Below are positions 8,501-19,800 of a stretch of DNA of 31,838 bases, piece after piece. This DNA comes from an uncultured bacterium (lineage in GTDB: Bacteria > CSSED10-310 > CAZUFC01). The notes beneath the pieces are model-generated. The model did not search any database, was not told the origin of the DNA, and saw only the letters and a list, made by a program, of their open reading frames with translations. The stretch lies in the NCBI GenBank assembly GCA_964619725.1, contig CAZUFC010000098.1, positions 1-31,838 of the forward strand. The letters are read 5' to 3'. A program made the translations under genes and the position numbers. Within the stretch, counting starts at the first letter, position 1. The number at the start of each line of letters is the position of its first letter.

Positions 8501-11457
8501 AAATGTATAATCCGGTTGCCGAAGGCATCTTCTTCGATATTCCGATGACCGCTGAAATAAAATACATTAAAAACCGTTCCGTACGCATCCTCCTGGTATT
8601 CCACGCGGCCCAGCTCGTCATAGATGTTTGTGACGACAGTATTACCGAGCGGTTTAGTCATGGCGGTCATTCGCCCCTCGGAATCGTAACTGTAAACCCA
8701 TTCCTCGCCCTCCAGGTCCGTAAAGTCGGTCAGACAATCGTCCGAGTATTCATAGGAGATGGTCCGCGTTTCCAAATCAGTTATTTGACTGATGTAATCA
8801 TATTCATAGTCAAGCTCTATCGAGCGGCCGAAAGAATCCGAGACGATATCGAGCCTTCCCTCTCCGTCGTAGAAGAAATTCATCGTATTGTCGTTCGCGT
8901 CCTTCCAGGCTGTGGCTGCGCCGAGTGAATCGAATTCGTAGCAGCCGCCGAACGGGTCGGTTATTTTGAACGTTTCGCCGTCTTTGTGGAGCCGGTATCC
9001 TGCGTCTGGAATGGTCGTATAGCTTTCGTCAGCTAATTTACTGAACATATAGGTCGTCCGTCCGATACGCGCCAGGACCGCATTATCGATCAGTCCGTCC
9101 ATTATCCATTGGGAAACCAGGCTCGTAATCGCCCATTCGGAAATGCCCAGGTCGCTGGTCAGAAGGTCGAACAAGACGGCCGCGCCGGAGATGGTTGATG
9201 CCGCGTCCGCAGGCATCCGTTCTCCGAGTCCCAGTCCGCCGTTGCTCATAACGTCCAGTTGTACATCGTAATTGTGGGACCAGCCGGCGCCGAGCGGGCC
9301 ATGCCGGTAATTATCAGCTCCGTTATAGTATCGCTGAAACGTTATACCCATAGGACCGCCTTCGCCGAAGGAGATATCCGTCGTTTCATAACGGAATGCT
9401 CCGGTCGACATATCCACAGGCTCACCGCTTAACGCGACAGAACCGGGACCCTGGCCGTTTATGCCCTGTTCGGCCATATCGAGGAATCCGGCATCAATCA
9501 TATCACCGTAAGTGGACCAGCCGCCGTATATGGCGCCCGATATCATCATGCCCATTCCCATGCCGCTGCCGTCGTAATAATAAAGTATCAACCCCGTTCC
9601 ATGCCAGTCGTTGACGTCTATGCCGCCGTTCGCCGGAAGAATTACCTGGTATCCCGCATTTATGTAACTCTCAATAAAATTGAGCAATCCCTGATTGTAG
9701 TCGTAAAGCTCGTTCTGAACGGAAGTCCAGTTGTCGGTCTCTGCCAGAAAAGTCTTGTCGCCGGCTTCATTGTTAATTTTCAACAATTTGATCGTCGATA
9801 CCGCCGGCTTATCGCTGCCCTGCTTCTGTTCAAGCATCCCGTGCTCGAAAGCGCTTGACATCAATATCCGGGACCTCGTGGCGGTCCATTGATCCTGAAC
9901 CTCCCCCGTCTTAGACACCGCGCTCGTTATGCTCATCGGCACATCAATGTAATATCCGGTTTCCTGGCCCACCAGCCCGATGATATGATGCTTGATGAAA
10001 AGCATCTGTCCCAGCATACCCACTATGTCGCCGAATTGACGCTCCTCCAGGAACCAGTGCAAACCCATTATGTTCAGACTCTCTCCCAGAACCGCCTCGG
10101 AACCGGGCGCTCCTCCCTCATCAATCGCACGGCTCAATTCCTTTCCCCGGACAGCCGTCAAATCCTGCGAAACATTCTCAAAAGAAGCGCTGATGGAATA
10201 GGAGCTTCCGCTTAACGGCTGAAAAGTATAGGACTGATCGGCATAAGTTCCGCCGGAAGCCGCATAGGGATGGTCTATCGTCACAGTCATATCATAACGG
10301 TTGCCCCAACTGGTCGGATTCCCCGTCTCTTCTGCCGTTCCGTCCAAATATAATTGCGGAGCATAATCCGTCCCGGTGTAAAATAATGTAAAACGGCGAC
10401 CAGCTATTTCATACGTGTTGAATGTGCGATCTATACCCTCATGCTCAATACGAACCGTATGACGATACTGCTGCGGTATCTCCGAATGCTCAACCTCGTT
10501 CGATACCGAAACCGCAAACGGAAGCTCCGTCGAATACTGCGATGCCTCCTCATGCGCTATGCTTCGGCCCCCGATCACCTCATCTACTCCCGCAGTCGGC
10601 ATGTTCGTACGTATATATTCCGTCAGATTCATACTGTACGTCTCCAGCGCCGTACGAACATTGGCCTCATTTACGTCCTGAACGAAATCACTCCCGACCG
10701 TCGCCCCTTCCAGCGCTCCGGTTAAAAAATCGGATTGATTGTAGCTCATCGCAGCCGCTGTATTTATCCCCGCCGTATAATCATATTCCTTCATCGCAGC
10801 ATCGAATACATATTCCGTTCCCCCGACGTCGGCAATCGCCCATACACGCATGAGCGTAAACTCGCCCTGAGGAGGATGCGCCTGGATGGGCACTCCGCCG
10901 CTTGCGAATACATTCATGATCACATTCATATCATTCTCTACGCCTGCCCATTCCGCCAATCGCTCCCGGCCGTAACGAACATCACCCGTTACATAATTCG
11001 CCTCATATCCCGACTCGCGCATCAACGCTATGAACAAGGATGCCAGGTCCCAGTCGTTGCCGCGCCCCGCATGAAGCGCTGCTGTCGCTCCATTGACGGA
11101 ACCGAATGTCGGAACATAATCAAAATGATTGTGAATATAATTGTAAATAACCAGCGGATCATTCTCCAAGGCACGAGCCAGCGCCGTTATCTCAGGCGTC
11201 GGGTCCGTCTCCGAAATGAGTTCGCGGGTTTCTGCATAACGTTCCGATAAGATTGACCGTGCCGCTGACGGACTTACCGGAGGAGCATTAATCGATAAGC
11301 GTCCCGGACGATTCAACGGACTGGATGAAATTTCTGTTGCCGCCGAATTATCCGGAAATATCCCGGTGAATGATATTATCACTGCCGCCGCTGCAATTAT
11401 TCCGATTGATGCCCCCTTGAGCTCCTTACAAACGCCGCAAAACATTCTTTGGATCAT
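5527..11457 (-). CDS. Rhs/YD-repeat protein with signal peptide, transglutaminase-like domain, DUF6531-like domain, Rhs core and ~166-aa C-terminal extension
   Basis: GRGNDWDLASLFIALMRESG; EPVDMSTG...FQRYYN...GPLGAGWSHNY; many YD repeats; core DRIGS...YTPYG...RFYDAVTARFLSRD...NPYQYARNEPVDTTDVRG; GGGAGG RBS. Confidence 0.92.
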   Translation of the reverse strand: MIQRMFCGVCKELKGASIGIIAAAAVIISFTGIFPDNSAATEISSSPLNRPGRLSINAPPVSPSAARSILSERYAETRELISETDPTPEITALARALENDPLVIYNYIHNHFDYVPTFGSVNGATAALHAGRGNDWDLASLFIALMRESGYEANYVTGDVRYGRERLAEWAGVENDMNVIMNVFASGGVPIQAHPPQGEFTLMRVWAIADVGGTEYVFDAAMKEYDYTAGINTAAAMSYNQSDFLTGALEGATVGSDFVQDVNEANVRTALETYSMNLTEYIRTNMPTAGVDEVIGGRSIAHEEASQYSTELPFAVSVSNEVEHSEIPQQYRHTVRIEHEGIDRTFNTYEIAGRRFTLFYTGTDYAPQLYLDGTAEETGNPTSWGNRYDMTVTIDHPYAASGGTYADQSYTFQPLSGSSYSISASFENVSQDLTAVRGKELSRAIDEGGAPGSEAVLGESLNIMGLHWFLEERQFGDIVGMLGQMLFIKHHIIGLVGQETGYYIDVPMSITSAVSKTGEVQDQWTATRSRILMSSAFEHGMLEQKQGSDKPAVSTIKLLKINNEAGDKTFLAETDNWTSVQNELYDYNQGLLNFIESYINAGYQVILPANGGIDVNDWHGTGLILYYYDGSGMGMGMMISGAIYGGWSTYGDMIDAGFLDMAEQGINGQGPGSVALSGEPVDMSTGAFRYETTDISFGEGGPMGITFQRYYNGADNYRHGPLGAGWSHNYDVQLDVMSNGGLGLGERMPADAASTISGAAVLFDLLTSDLGISEWAITSLVSQWIMDGLIDNAVLARIGRTTYMFSKLADESYTTIPDAGYRLHKDGETFKITDPFGGCYEFDSLGAATAWKDANDNTMNFFYDGEGRLDIVSDSFGRSIELDYEYDYISQITDLETRTISYEYSDDCLTDFTDLEGEEWVYSYDSEGRMTAMTKPLGNTVVTNIYDELGRVEYQEDAYGTVFNVFYFSGHRNIEEDAFGNRIIHFFNEEGRLVRRCDAAGASIYFEYDGLGQLTKRIDRLGGITEFTYHLPTGEAASRTNAEGHTTSYTFEERPYGGFTFYKLTRIDYPDGTYEQYMHDPNGNIVSYRNRGGKTSTQTFDSRGLLLTNTNHAGGINSFTYNSDGTMATSHDPETGTTSYEYDELGRNTKIFHPPPDDSYVEMVLDDQNRLRIWTDERGNSLIYSYDANGNLTTLTDAKGNSTQRQYDMNDRLEQLQDRRGKTASYVYDAMGRLSAVTDPNGLVKETGYTATGWENRQSIADRDWLSSYDDEGVIASETSPEGRTTTYISNDLGFILFRIDPLGHHKEFVPDEMNRTVEIIDELDRAIEFEYNGWDKLDSVTMPEIGTAFYARNDLGSIQQLTDLNGENWLWEYSDMNRLTSLSDPLGNEWSHTYDHRGRLDVSTYPEGGTQVRSYDAAGNILQQSFTGGPTIDYTYDGDLNLLLETNNISFDYDEEEYFIETTLHGETFGAAYDDGGRLASVTYADGLFTVEYDYDPLTGDLMQVSDTLAGAQADLTYDDDGLITGIERSNGIETQYHYDDAGRLTRITHGTFAELAYTLDEAGQVIHADLTLPADPADYITAVEDVFTYDAASQVSSAGYAYDERGRLTGSPEDTYDWDGAGRMTMRNSVNFTYTGFGDLASRTETGDTMLYYFNYALGLSPIVAEKDEGTGQFVRYYVCTPAGRILYCIDASEGNAVYFYHFDRIGSTIALTDAAGAVTDSYAYTPYGSLLHHEGVSEQPFTFVGQWGVRQENQDGTLYHMRTRFYDAVTARFLSRDVIWPRINDPRLLNPYQYARNEPVDTTDVRGTQPDGTREAGNKPNQESLSDIRKKLRDIIRKFKEITVIKDFDTRLARGGWDKYGDKDGKKQDKNGHDQNKSNQEQQAENQANQPKNDKEKGKPVQVRGHSEMEGTSIEDTKLKQDIIIQWELFPGETMTPEEWKYLEQHIDDIPEEWNQDPTKPWEDKFLETDSIM

Positions 11458-11641
11458 CTCTTCCTCCCATCACGTTACTCCGTCTTTCCCCGGAAAATTA
11501 AATTTACCGGTTCCTATCAGACACAACAAGATTCCTGACTGAAACCAATATTTTCCCTTGTGCAGTCTCTCCATAATTTATAATGAAAAACGACAAGTGA
11601 GTCAAATGAAGAGTCGCCGCATGACGCTGTTGTGATAACTC

Positions 11642-11790
11642 GGCATTGATCAAAAAAGCCTCTTTTGAGGTTACAATTTGACAGAAGCTCCTATCATTTT
11701 GTTTCGAGCCCGCCGCCGATACCGACCCCGATTACTGAAACAAACCGTCGAAAATTTTGAAAGAAGCGTAACCCCGGTTTGATCAGACCC
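11642..11790 (+). mobile_element. MITE-like repeat copy 2 (149 bp, 5 hexamers)
   Basis: GGCATTGATCAAA...GGTTACA left end and GTAACCCCGGTTTGATCAGACCC right end. No target duplication recognisable. Confidence 0.85.
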
Positions 11791-11803
11791 AATTCTTTAA
11801 TAT

Positions 11804-13234
11804 TCAATTATATGTGAATGGAGAACCCGCGCTGCAGGTTCTTTTCGGATTTGAACCTGCAGCGCGGAATGCCGGTTTGCCGAAGTTGTTCCTTCCGCCC
11901 TCCTTCAGTATCCAGATGTTCACGACGCTCTGATCAGGAAGCATCGGCAGATCATAGACCCAATCCGCAATCATGTCGTCGTCCTCGTCTATTCCGACGG
12001 TCAAATCGCCTGACGCCATCGTCAGATATGCCCCGTAACCTCTGTAATTCAGGCTGACCCACAGAGGATTCGACGCTCCCGATTCAGGCAAATGCCAGAT
12101 GTCTACGGAACCCAGGCCGTAAGCGACATGCACGGCTAATAATCTCACATTGCCGGGTTCAACCTTGCTCAGGTCCTCCGGAAGTATGCCGACCTCGAAC
12201 TCCGAATAAGGCCCCAGACTCAGAACAGTTGCTTCGCTGCCGTCGAAAAGCCAGTAAGAGTCGTAACTGCCCAAACTCTCAAACGGCGGCTTGCCGGTCT
12301 CTACAATGTCAAAATTATACAAGCCTTCACGAATGTCCTGAAATCCCGTTCCCTCCAGGTAGCTCAACCCGCCCTTCAGTTTCACCGTCGAATTCAACCA
12401 GAAGTCTATATCGTTAACCTCCGGAGAAAGATGCAGAAAACGAACGTTCGGCCGAACCATTATGACCTCTCCAACTGCCGAAGCAGGCAGAAGCAGCATC
12501 AATATCTTTCCGTCAACGTCACGTATGACGAACAGGTTGTAACTCCCGTCGCTCATTACCATCGGTAAATCGAAAACGTAATCGACCGTACCGTTCGCAT
12601 CTTTGTCGACTCCCATCGTATACTCGGCCGGAGGCAGCTCAAGGTATGTACCCACGCCGCCGTATCCTAAAGAGTCCCACAGCGAAATAGGGTCGGACAT
12701 CTCAGGCAAAAGCCAGATCGTTGCAGGACCCAGCGAATCCGCCGTGTTGATCCCCCGTATCCGGGAGTCTCCTCCGATCACCGGCTGAAGGTTATCCGTC
12801 ACCTTCATCAGCGACAAAGTTTCCTCCATTCCGTAAAGAGTAAACGTATATGAAACATCGTTCGACAATATCACATTCTCCACTTCATATATGCTGTTCT
12901 CTATCGGCTCCCCGAAAGGCGTTACCGTTATCTTGTACGTGTCCGATATTACCTCGATGTATGTCGACGATTCCAAAAAAGATAAATTCGATTCCGCTAA
13001 AATTGTCTCGTTCATGTATATGTCCACGCGTTCCGTCGTCGTCGCGCTGTGCACGAACCTGACATATGAAACCAGAATCGGCGCCTCCCCGCGCTCCTGA
13101 TCCTTCTCAAGCCTCATGGCTTGATCCAATCCGACTGCTCCCTCCGCGACTGCAGAACCCACTGTCAGCCCCGACAGAAAGAGGACGAAAGTCCCCAGAA
13201 AAAATTGTTGCGTTATGTATTTTAACTTTGTCAT
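11804..13234 (-). CDS. DUF4397-like repeat exported protein, C-terminus probably truncated
   Basis: Signal peptide; four repeats starting VRFVHSA, IRGINTA, VRFLHLSP and VRLLAVHVA with 'VDI' and 'LSY/LGY...YL' motifs; AAAGGAG RBS. Confidence 0.8.
   Translation of the reverse strand: MTKLKYITQQFFLGTFVLFLSGLTVGSAVAEGAVGLDQAMRLEKDQERGEAPILVSYVRFVHSATTTERVDIYMNETILAESNLSFLESSTYIEVISDTYKITVTPFGEPIENSIYEVENVILSNDVSYTFTLYGMEETLSLMKVTDNLQPVIGGDSRIRGINTADSLGPATIWLLPEMSDPISLWDSLGYGGVGTYLELPPAEYTMGVDKDANGTVDYVFDLPMVMSDGSYNLFVIRDVDGKILMLLLPASAVGEVIMVRPNVRFLHLSPEVNDIDFWLNSTVKLKGGLSYLEGTGFQDIREGLYNFDIVETGKPPFESLGSYDSYWLFDGSEATVLSLGPYSEFEVGILPEDLSKVEPGNVRLLAVHVAYGLGSVDIWHLPESGASNPLWVSLNYRGYGAYLTMASGDLTVGIDEDDDMIADWVYDLPMLPDQSVVNIWILKEGGRNNFGKPAFRAAGSNPKRTCSAGSPFTYN
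11827..11867. terminator. Perfect 15-bp-stem hairpin overlapping the DUF4397 ORF tail
   Basis: CCGCGCTGCAGGTTC-N11-GAACCTGCAGCGCGG. There is no clear U-tract, so terminator function is uncertain. Confidence 0.5.
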
Positions 13235-13475
13235 TTTTTAACTCCTTTGAGAGAGTTTTCGTTTCGTTCAGTCAAAAATATAATAATATGCTTATATGCT
13301 TATTTTCAAACGGAATTCTGTGCAATTAATTGTATAAAGCGTCTTAACTTATTGATAATAAATTATATTAATAAAAGGACATCCAAAGAAGGCAGGCGGT
13401 TGTATTTCCCATTATACGCCATCCCGCAGCCGGCATCCCGCAGGCGGCAAAATGCCTCATTTTTTCATCGATTTT

Positions 13476-13503
13476 TTGACAATTCCCTGATTTTACGTAT
13501 ACT
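13476..13503 (+). promoter_or_regulatory. Sigma70-like promoter
   Basis: TTGACA-N16-TATACT facing the large PKD gene. Confidence 0.6.
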
Positions 13504-13842
13504 CAACAATGTCGGCGCCAGTTAGTATCAGCGCTCTTCTCACTTCTTTCCTGTTCTGTTTCCGGGCATCTGTTTTTTCTTTTGAATTATTCTGCAGGGA
13601 ATAGAGGTGAAAAGACACGGAAGGGAGAATGCCGGCATTTCGTAACATCAACTTTTCAAGGACGCGGTTTTTAATGCTGATTAATAATCGTCGTATCGGG
13701 GAACGTTTCATGATGATTCGTTGATTTTCAAGGCAGACAGGGATCGGACAGGTATTGCCGGGATGATCTGCTGTTGAGCGAGGCGCTGAGTTTGCGGGTT
13801 GACGATTTATGATCGGTGTTAGGAACCTTGATGGAGAAAATT

Positions 13843-16800
13843 ATGAAAAGGAAAAGAGAAGCGTTTATCCTGTTTCTATTGATGGTGGTATTGACCTGTA
13901 CGGCGGGTCTTGTACACGGAACGGTAACCGTCACATGGACGACGGAGCCTGTGACATTGACGCCGACGCCTGAACCGACTGAAACGATTATTCCGACGCT
14001 AATTCCCACGGCGACGCCGACGAAGATAGCGTGGAGCGACACATACATCATAGGAACGGATGACGCCGGGTATATATACTATGCATTGAGTGACGGTTAC
14101 GGTGGTTTCAGCGGTTTCAGCAGAATCCGCAGGCTGCCGGGTTTCGGCACATGCCGCGGAGCAGCGATAAACGATTTCGACAATGACGGGGATTTGGACC
14201 TCATCACGGGAGCCAGGGTCGGGAGTTACACGTATCTGTATTTTTATGAGAACGACGGTTCCGAACGTTTTTTTTGCAGGGACATGGTGGGTGTTTACAT
14301 CGGCAGCTCAAATCTGCACGATATGACGACGGCTGATTACAACAACGACGGTCTGTATGATTTTATTGTGAATTCTAGTTCGGCTTCCACGTATGTATTC
14401 ATCAATAATGGCGATGCGAATTTCACGATGACTGAGCTGTCGTTGAGCAGTGCAGGGCGCGGAGTGGACAGCGCTGATTTCAATGCTGACGGATATCAGG
14501 ATTTCGTCAGGTCGATTTACAGTTCGGGGCATGTATATGTGCACTCAGGCAACGGAGACGGTACGTTTGACGGGGGGACGCAGATATATGTTGCGGGGTC
14601 CGACCCGTATGGTTTAACGTGCGGTGATTTCGACAATGACGGCGATGCAGACGTTATAGCGATTCACGGAAGCAACGGCGATTCCTATTTTATCCGGAAC
14701 GAAGGCAGCGGCGTATGGACCGATATGGGGTATATGGCGACGCTGGACCCGGGCAACCATTCCGCTTACGATGCGATTGATTTCAACAGCGACGGATATC
14801 TGGATGTGCTGTCCTGCGATTATTCCGGGCGGGATATTTATTATTATCCCGGCGGGGCAGGGGTGACGTTCGGGACGAAGATCAAGATCAACACGTCAGA
14901 CACCAGTTCCAGTACGCTCGGCAATTCAGCCGCCCCGTACGGTCAATGGCCCTATCCGATACCCGCAGATCAGCCCAGGCCGGAGGTATCGCCGGCAGAG
15001 CAGACCATCGCCAAAAACGGGACGGCATTTTTTGACGGCGGCGCTTCCAGCGATCCGGGCGGCGGAATCAGCTCCTGGGAGTGGACATTCGGAGACGGCG
15101 GTTCCGACGGCGGCAGCAGTTCCACTTCGAATCAATACATTGACGAAGGCATCTTCGTGACGCGACTCAAGATAACGGATACGGACGATAACATAGCCTA
15201 CGCGGCAAGCCGGGTAATCGTTGAAGGCGATGATCCCATAGCGGATGCAGGCGGACCGTATATTCTGGATGAATCCTCGGCGCTTGGAGGCTGGTTCACC
15301 GTCAATTTTGACGGTTCCGGTTCTTATGATACGGAAGGAATCGTCTCCTACGAATGGGACACCGGCGCTGAATTCGGCGATGATTTCGACGGCGGCGCAT
15401 CAGGAGCCTGGGTGGAATCCAGCGGAACGTGGAATGTCGTGAACGACGCTTACGAGCAGAGCGACACCGGTTCCTCACGAGCACGGTCTTATTTTTCACT
15501 CGGATCGGACCCGTACGACGACTGCCGTATCGATGTAGACGTCACAATTTTTGGCGGAAGCGGCGAAGAGGTCATCATTCTTTTCAGGGGGCAGGATGCG
15601 ACCAACAACTACGAGATGATTTTTCGGGGCAGAGGCAGCGAGGATGTGCTTTTGTATCGCAGGATCAACGACGGCACGGCCAGCCTGCTTGAGACCGATC
15701 TTCTCTGGACCATTGAAAACGATACGGTTTATCACCTGACGGTGGAAGCGGTCGGCAGTGAGTTCCGGTTTTTAGTCGACGGGGAGCTGATCATGGAATA
15801 TCATGGCGATACGACATTTTCCGCCGGCTGGGCAGGATTGTGCACGTATCAGACTCATGCCGCTTTTGATAATTTCACGGTAACCCCGTTGAACATGAAC
15901 GGCGAGCAGACCGTTCAACAATACCAGGAGGGGACATACACGGCATCGTTAACGGTAACGGACGGTGCGGGGCAAAGCGACACGGACGCTGTTTCCGTTA
16001 TTTGTGAGAAGAGCGATCCTCCGACAGCGGACCCCGGCGGTCCGTATGTGTTGACGGAAGCGGCTGCGGACTGCGGTGCCTGGACATTAACTTATGACGG
16101 CAGCGATTCCGGCGACGATTACGGTATTTATCAATACTGCTGGAGCTTCGGGACCGACGGTTTCGACGGTATGGTCATCAATGATCGCAAATGGGAGTGT
16201 TCGGAAGGTGTAACACAAAACGACGAACTCTCCGTCACGGGCGACGGCACGTGGGGACATCGATATGCGTTCAGCGCGGAGACTTATATCCGTGAGAGGG
16301 GAATGTATATCCAGGGCAAAGTCAAAAAGTCCGGCAGCGGTTATTCCATGTGGGGATTCAAAGATGCCGGCAGCGGCATGTCTTACACCGACATGCCTTA
16401 TGCCGTTTATTTCAACAACGCAACGATTCAAATTTATGAAGACGGGGCAGCTCGCGGGTCAAAGGCTTCGATCTCCTATGACGAATGGTATGATGTGCGC
16501 ATTGAACTGAAGGAAACGGCGGGAGCGAGATACTATTTACGCCCCGGCGGAACGACAGAGTGGACGCTGTTGCACGATTCGGATCATTCTTCCGAATCGC
16601 CTTTGCGAAAAGGCTTGACGGTCCGCACAGGTACGACGGTGATTGATGATTTTGAGGAAACTGCGGCTGGGATGACCGGACAATATGTTCTTTATGAAGA
16701 TACGACAGCGACGCTTACGGTGTATGATAATGCGATGCAAACCGATACGGATGCAGCTTCGGTAGAGTTGTCTGAGGAGGCGCTTCCCGCGGCTGAAGCC

Positions 16801-19800
16801 AACGGCCCCTATTATGCGGATGAATCGTCTGCAGTGGGCGGCGTATGGACCGTGGACTTTTCCGCTGCAGGCAGCACGGACGACAACGGCATCTGCAGGT
16901 ATGAATGGGATTTCGGCGATACGGGGACGGGAACCGGCGAGAACGTTTCTCATGGATACGCGGCAGCAGATACGTATACGGCGACTGTAACGGTTTACGA
17001 TCATGCCCTGCAGACTGACGATGACACGGCGACTGTCGAGGTGACGGTCAACGATCCGCCTGTTGCGGATGCCGGTCCGGACCAGAACCTGGATGAAAAC
17101 GATGCCGTAATGGGTCAATGGACAGTGCAGTTCGACGCATCAGGCTCAACGGACGATTACGGCATTTACGACTATGAATGGGACTTCGACGACGGCGGAA
17201 CCGGCAGCGGCGTTGAACCGACTCATGTATTCGACTCCACCGGCGTATACAACGTCGTTTTGACGGTCAGAGACAATGCGCTTCAGACAGATGCCGATAC
17301 GATAGTCGTGACTATATCAGCCAACGATATGCCCGTCGCCGATGCCGGCGGTCCTTACATCGCTGATGAAGAAGATGCCGTCGACGGTTACTGGGAATTA
17401 CTGCTGGACGGCAGCGCCTCGACCGATGACGTCGAAATTATAAGTTGGCTATGGGACCTTGGAGTTGAGACTTTTGACGGGGCCTGGATCGATACCGCCA
17501 AATGGGATGTTTCCAGTAACGTTCTGCAGGCCGATCAGATTTCGATGACCGGCAACGGTTCCTGGGGAGCGAGGTATTTGTTCAGCAAAGCCCGGTATCC
17601 TCGTGCAGAAGGCATGTATATCCAGGCGAGAGTAATGTCTGTATCCGGTCACATGATGTGGGGATTCGGGGACAGCGACGGCGGTTTCAGTTACACCGAA
17701 ATGCCATACGCGATTTATTTCAATGATTCAGTACTGAGAATCTACGAAGACGGATCGAGCAGAGGTTCCTTCGGGAACTACTCCTTCAACACATGGTACG
17801 ACCTGAAAATAGAGCTTAAGACGTCAGGAGGAGCGCTTTATTACTGGAAAGAAAGCGGCTCTCCCGATTGGGACCTGATCTACGACTCGAATCATTCGAG
17901 CGAAACGCCGCTGCGCAAAGGAATAACAGTCAACAGCAGTACGCATTACCTGGATGATTTTTCGCAGATTCTCGCGGGAGAAACAGTTACGTGCCGAATG
18001 TATGAAGAGGGTGACGTAACCCTTATCGTATACGACAACGCTCAGCAGACCGGTTCGGACACGACCCAGTTCACGGTTCAGAATGCTGAGGGACCGACGG
18101 CGAACGCCGGCGGACCCTATTTCAGTCATCTTGACGTTCCTGTAGTCTTCGACGGTTCGGGCTCATCAGACGACGAAGGCATTGTTCAGTATATCTGGAC
18201 TTTCGGCGACGGCGCCGGCGGAAGCGGAGTCAAGCCAATACACACCTACACGGAAAACCCGTCCGGGGAAATGCAATGGGCGGTCTCTGCAACGGCAAGC
18301 AGCGAGTACGGCAATCCGAATTATGGAGCTATCCAGGCTGCCGGAGAGCCGGATGTATTCAACTGCGGGGATAACGCAAAAGCCTGGACGACGCAGCAGG
18401 CTGATATGGGCTTACAATGGCTGGAACTCACTTATGAAAATGAACAGCAGATCGATCTGGTAGCCGTCTACGAAACTTACAATACCGGGTTCGTCACCCG
18501 GATAGACGGGTATGATGAGCTGGATCAATTAACCACAATCTGGACCGGTTCTGACACGACTTTCTGTCCAGGGGTCCTCCATGCCGAAATCGATCCGCCT
18601 TTCACGACAGACAGAATCAGGATATACTGTGATACGGACGTAGCCGGATGGAATGAAGTAGATGCCGTAAGGATAGTATCGTATCCGGATTCACAGGTGA
18701 GTTACACCGTAAATTTAACGGTGTACGATACAGCAGGGCGCAGCGATACTGATTCGACCCAGGTTTATCTTGACACGGCGCCCCTGGCGATTTGCGTGCC
18801 GTGGCAATTCCAGGGCGTACAGGAAGTGCCGCATCCCGTCTGGTATGAAGATACCGGACGGTCCACGCAAACCAATACGGTTCGCTTTAAAGGAACCGCC
18901 AAAGGTATCTATACGCCGCTCACATACGAGTGGGATTTCGGCGACGGCGCTTCCGACGGTCCTCATACGGTAACCGATAAATACGAAATTGAAGCGACGC
19001 ATCAATATACGGGCGTTTCTGAGGGACAGCCCATAACCGCCACCTTGACCATAACCGACAGCCTGGGCATGACTTCAGTAGATACATATCCCCTGCAGGT
19101 GCAGTCGAAATCGCTTGACGTGGAAGCCGACATAGCCGTGGACGAAGGATTATGGTACCTGCATAAGGCCCAGGACAGGAATCCCGGCGCCTCCTTCGGT
19201 TCCTGGATATACAGCTCCTCCTACCAGGCATCGAGTACCGGGTCATCCATTCAGGCTTTCGAGATCAACGGTCACCTGGAAATCGGGGACATTACCGAAG
19301 ACCCCTATGTCGAAACGGTTATTAACGGACTTCGGTTCATGTTTACAAGACTTTATGCGGCTTCAATCGATGTGCAGACAGTGGGAGACCCCGATACCAA
19401 CGGCAACGGCAAAGGCGTATCGGTAGATGAAAGCCGCATGATCTATCAGGGCGGCATGGTTATGGATGCTATCGCCGCAAGCAACAGTCCGGATACCGTA
19501 GTGGAAACCGGATCAGCTTTCATCATCGGTCAGACCTACCAGACGGTCCTTAATGATATGCTCGACATGTACGCCTGGGGACAGGACGACAGCGGCAGCG
19601 ACCGCGGCGGCTGGCGATACGACTGGCAGAGTGGTGCGGATAATTCAGCCTGCCAGTGGGCTGCCATCGGACTGCTGGCCGCGCAGGATTACTTCGGCAT
19701 CCCCATACCGGAATGGGTCCTTACGGAAAATGATTTTTGGCTCAACTACAGCCATAACGCGACATACGGAACATTCGGCTATACCTCCTCAAGCGCCGGC

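Noticed and set aside
11428-11439. CGVC motif at the Rhs N-terminus
   Set aside because: It lies within the signal-peptide n-region with no partner motif.
13247-14051. Short ORFs in and around the divergent intergenic region
   Set aside because: They overlap promoter or REP-like DNA, or are antisense to the PKD gene, with no RBS or motifs.
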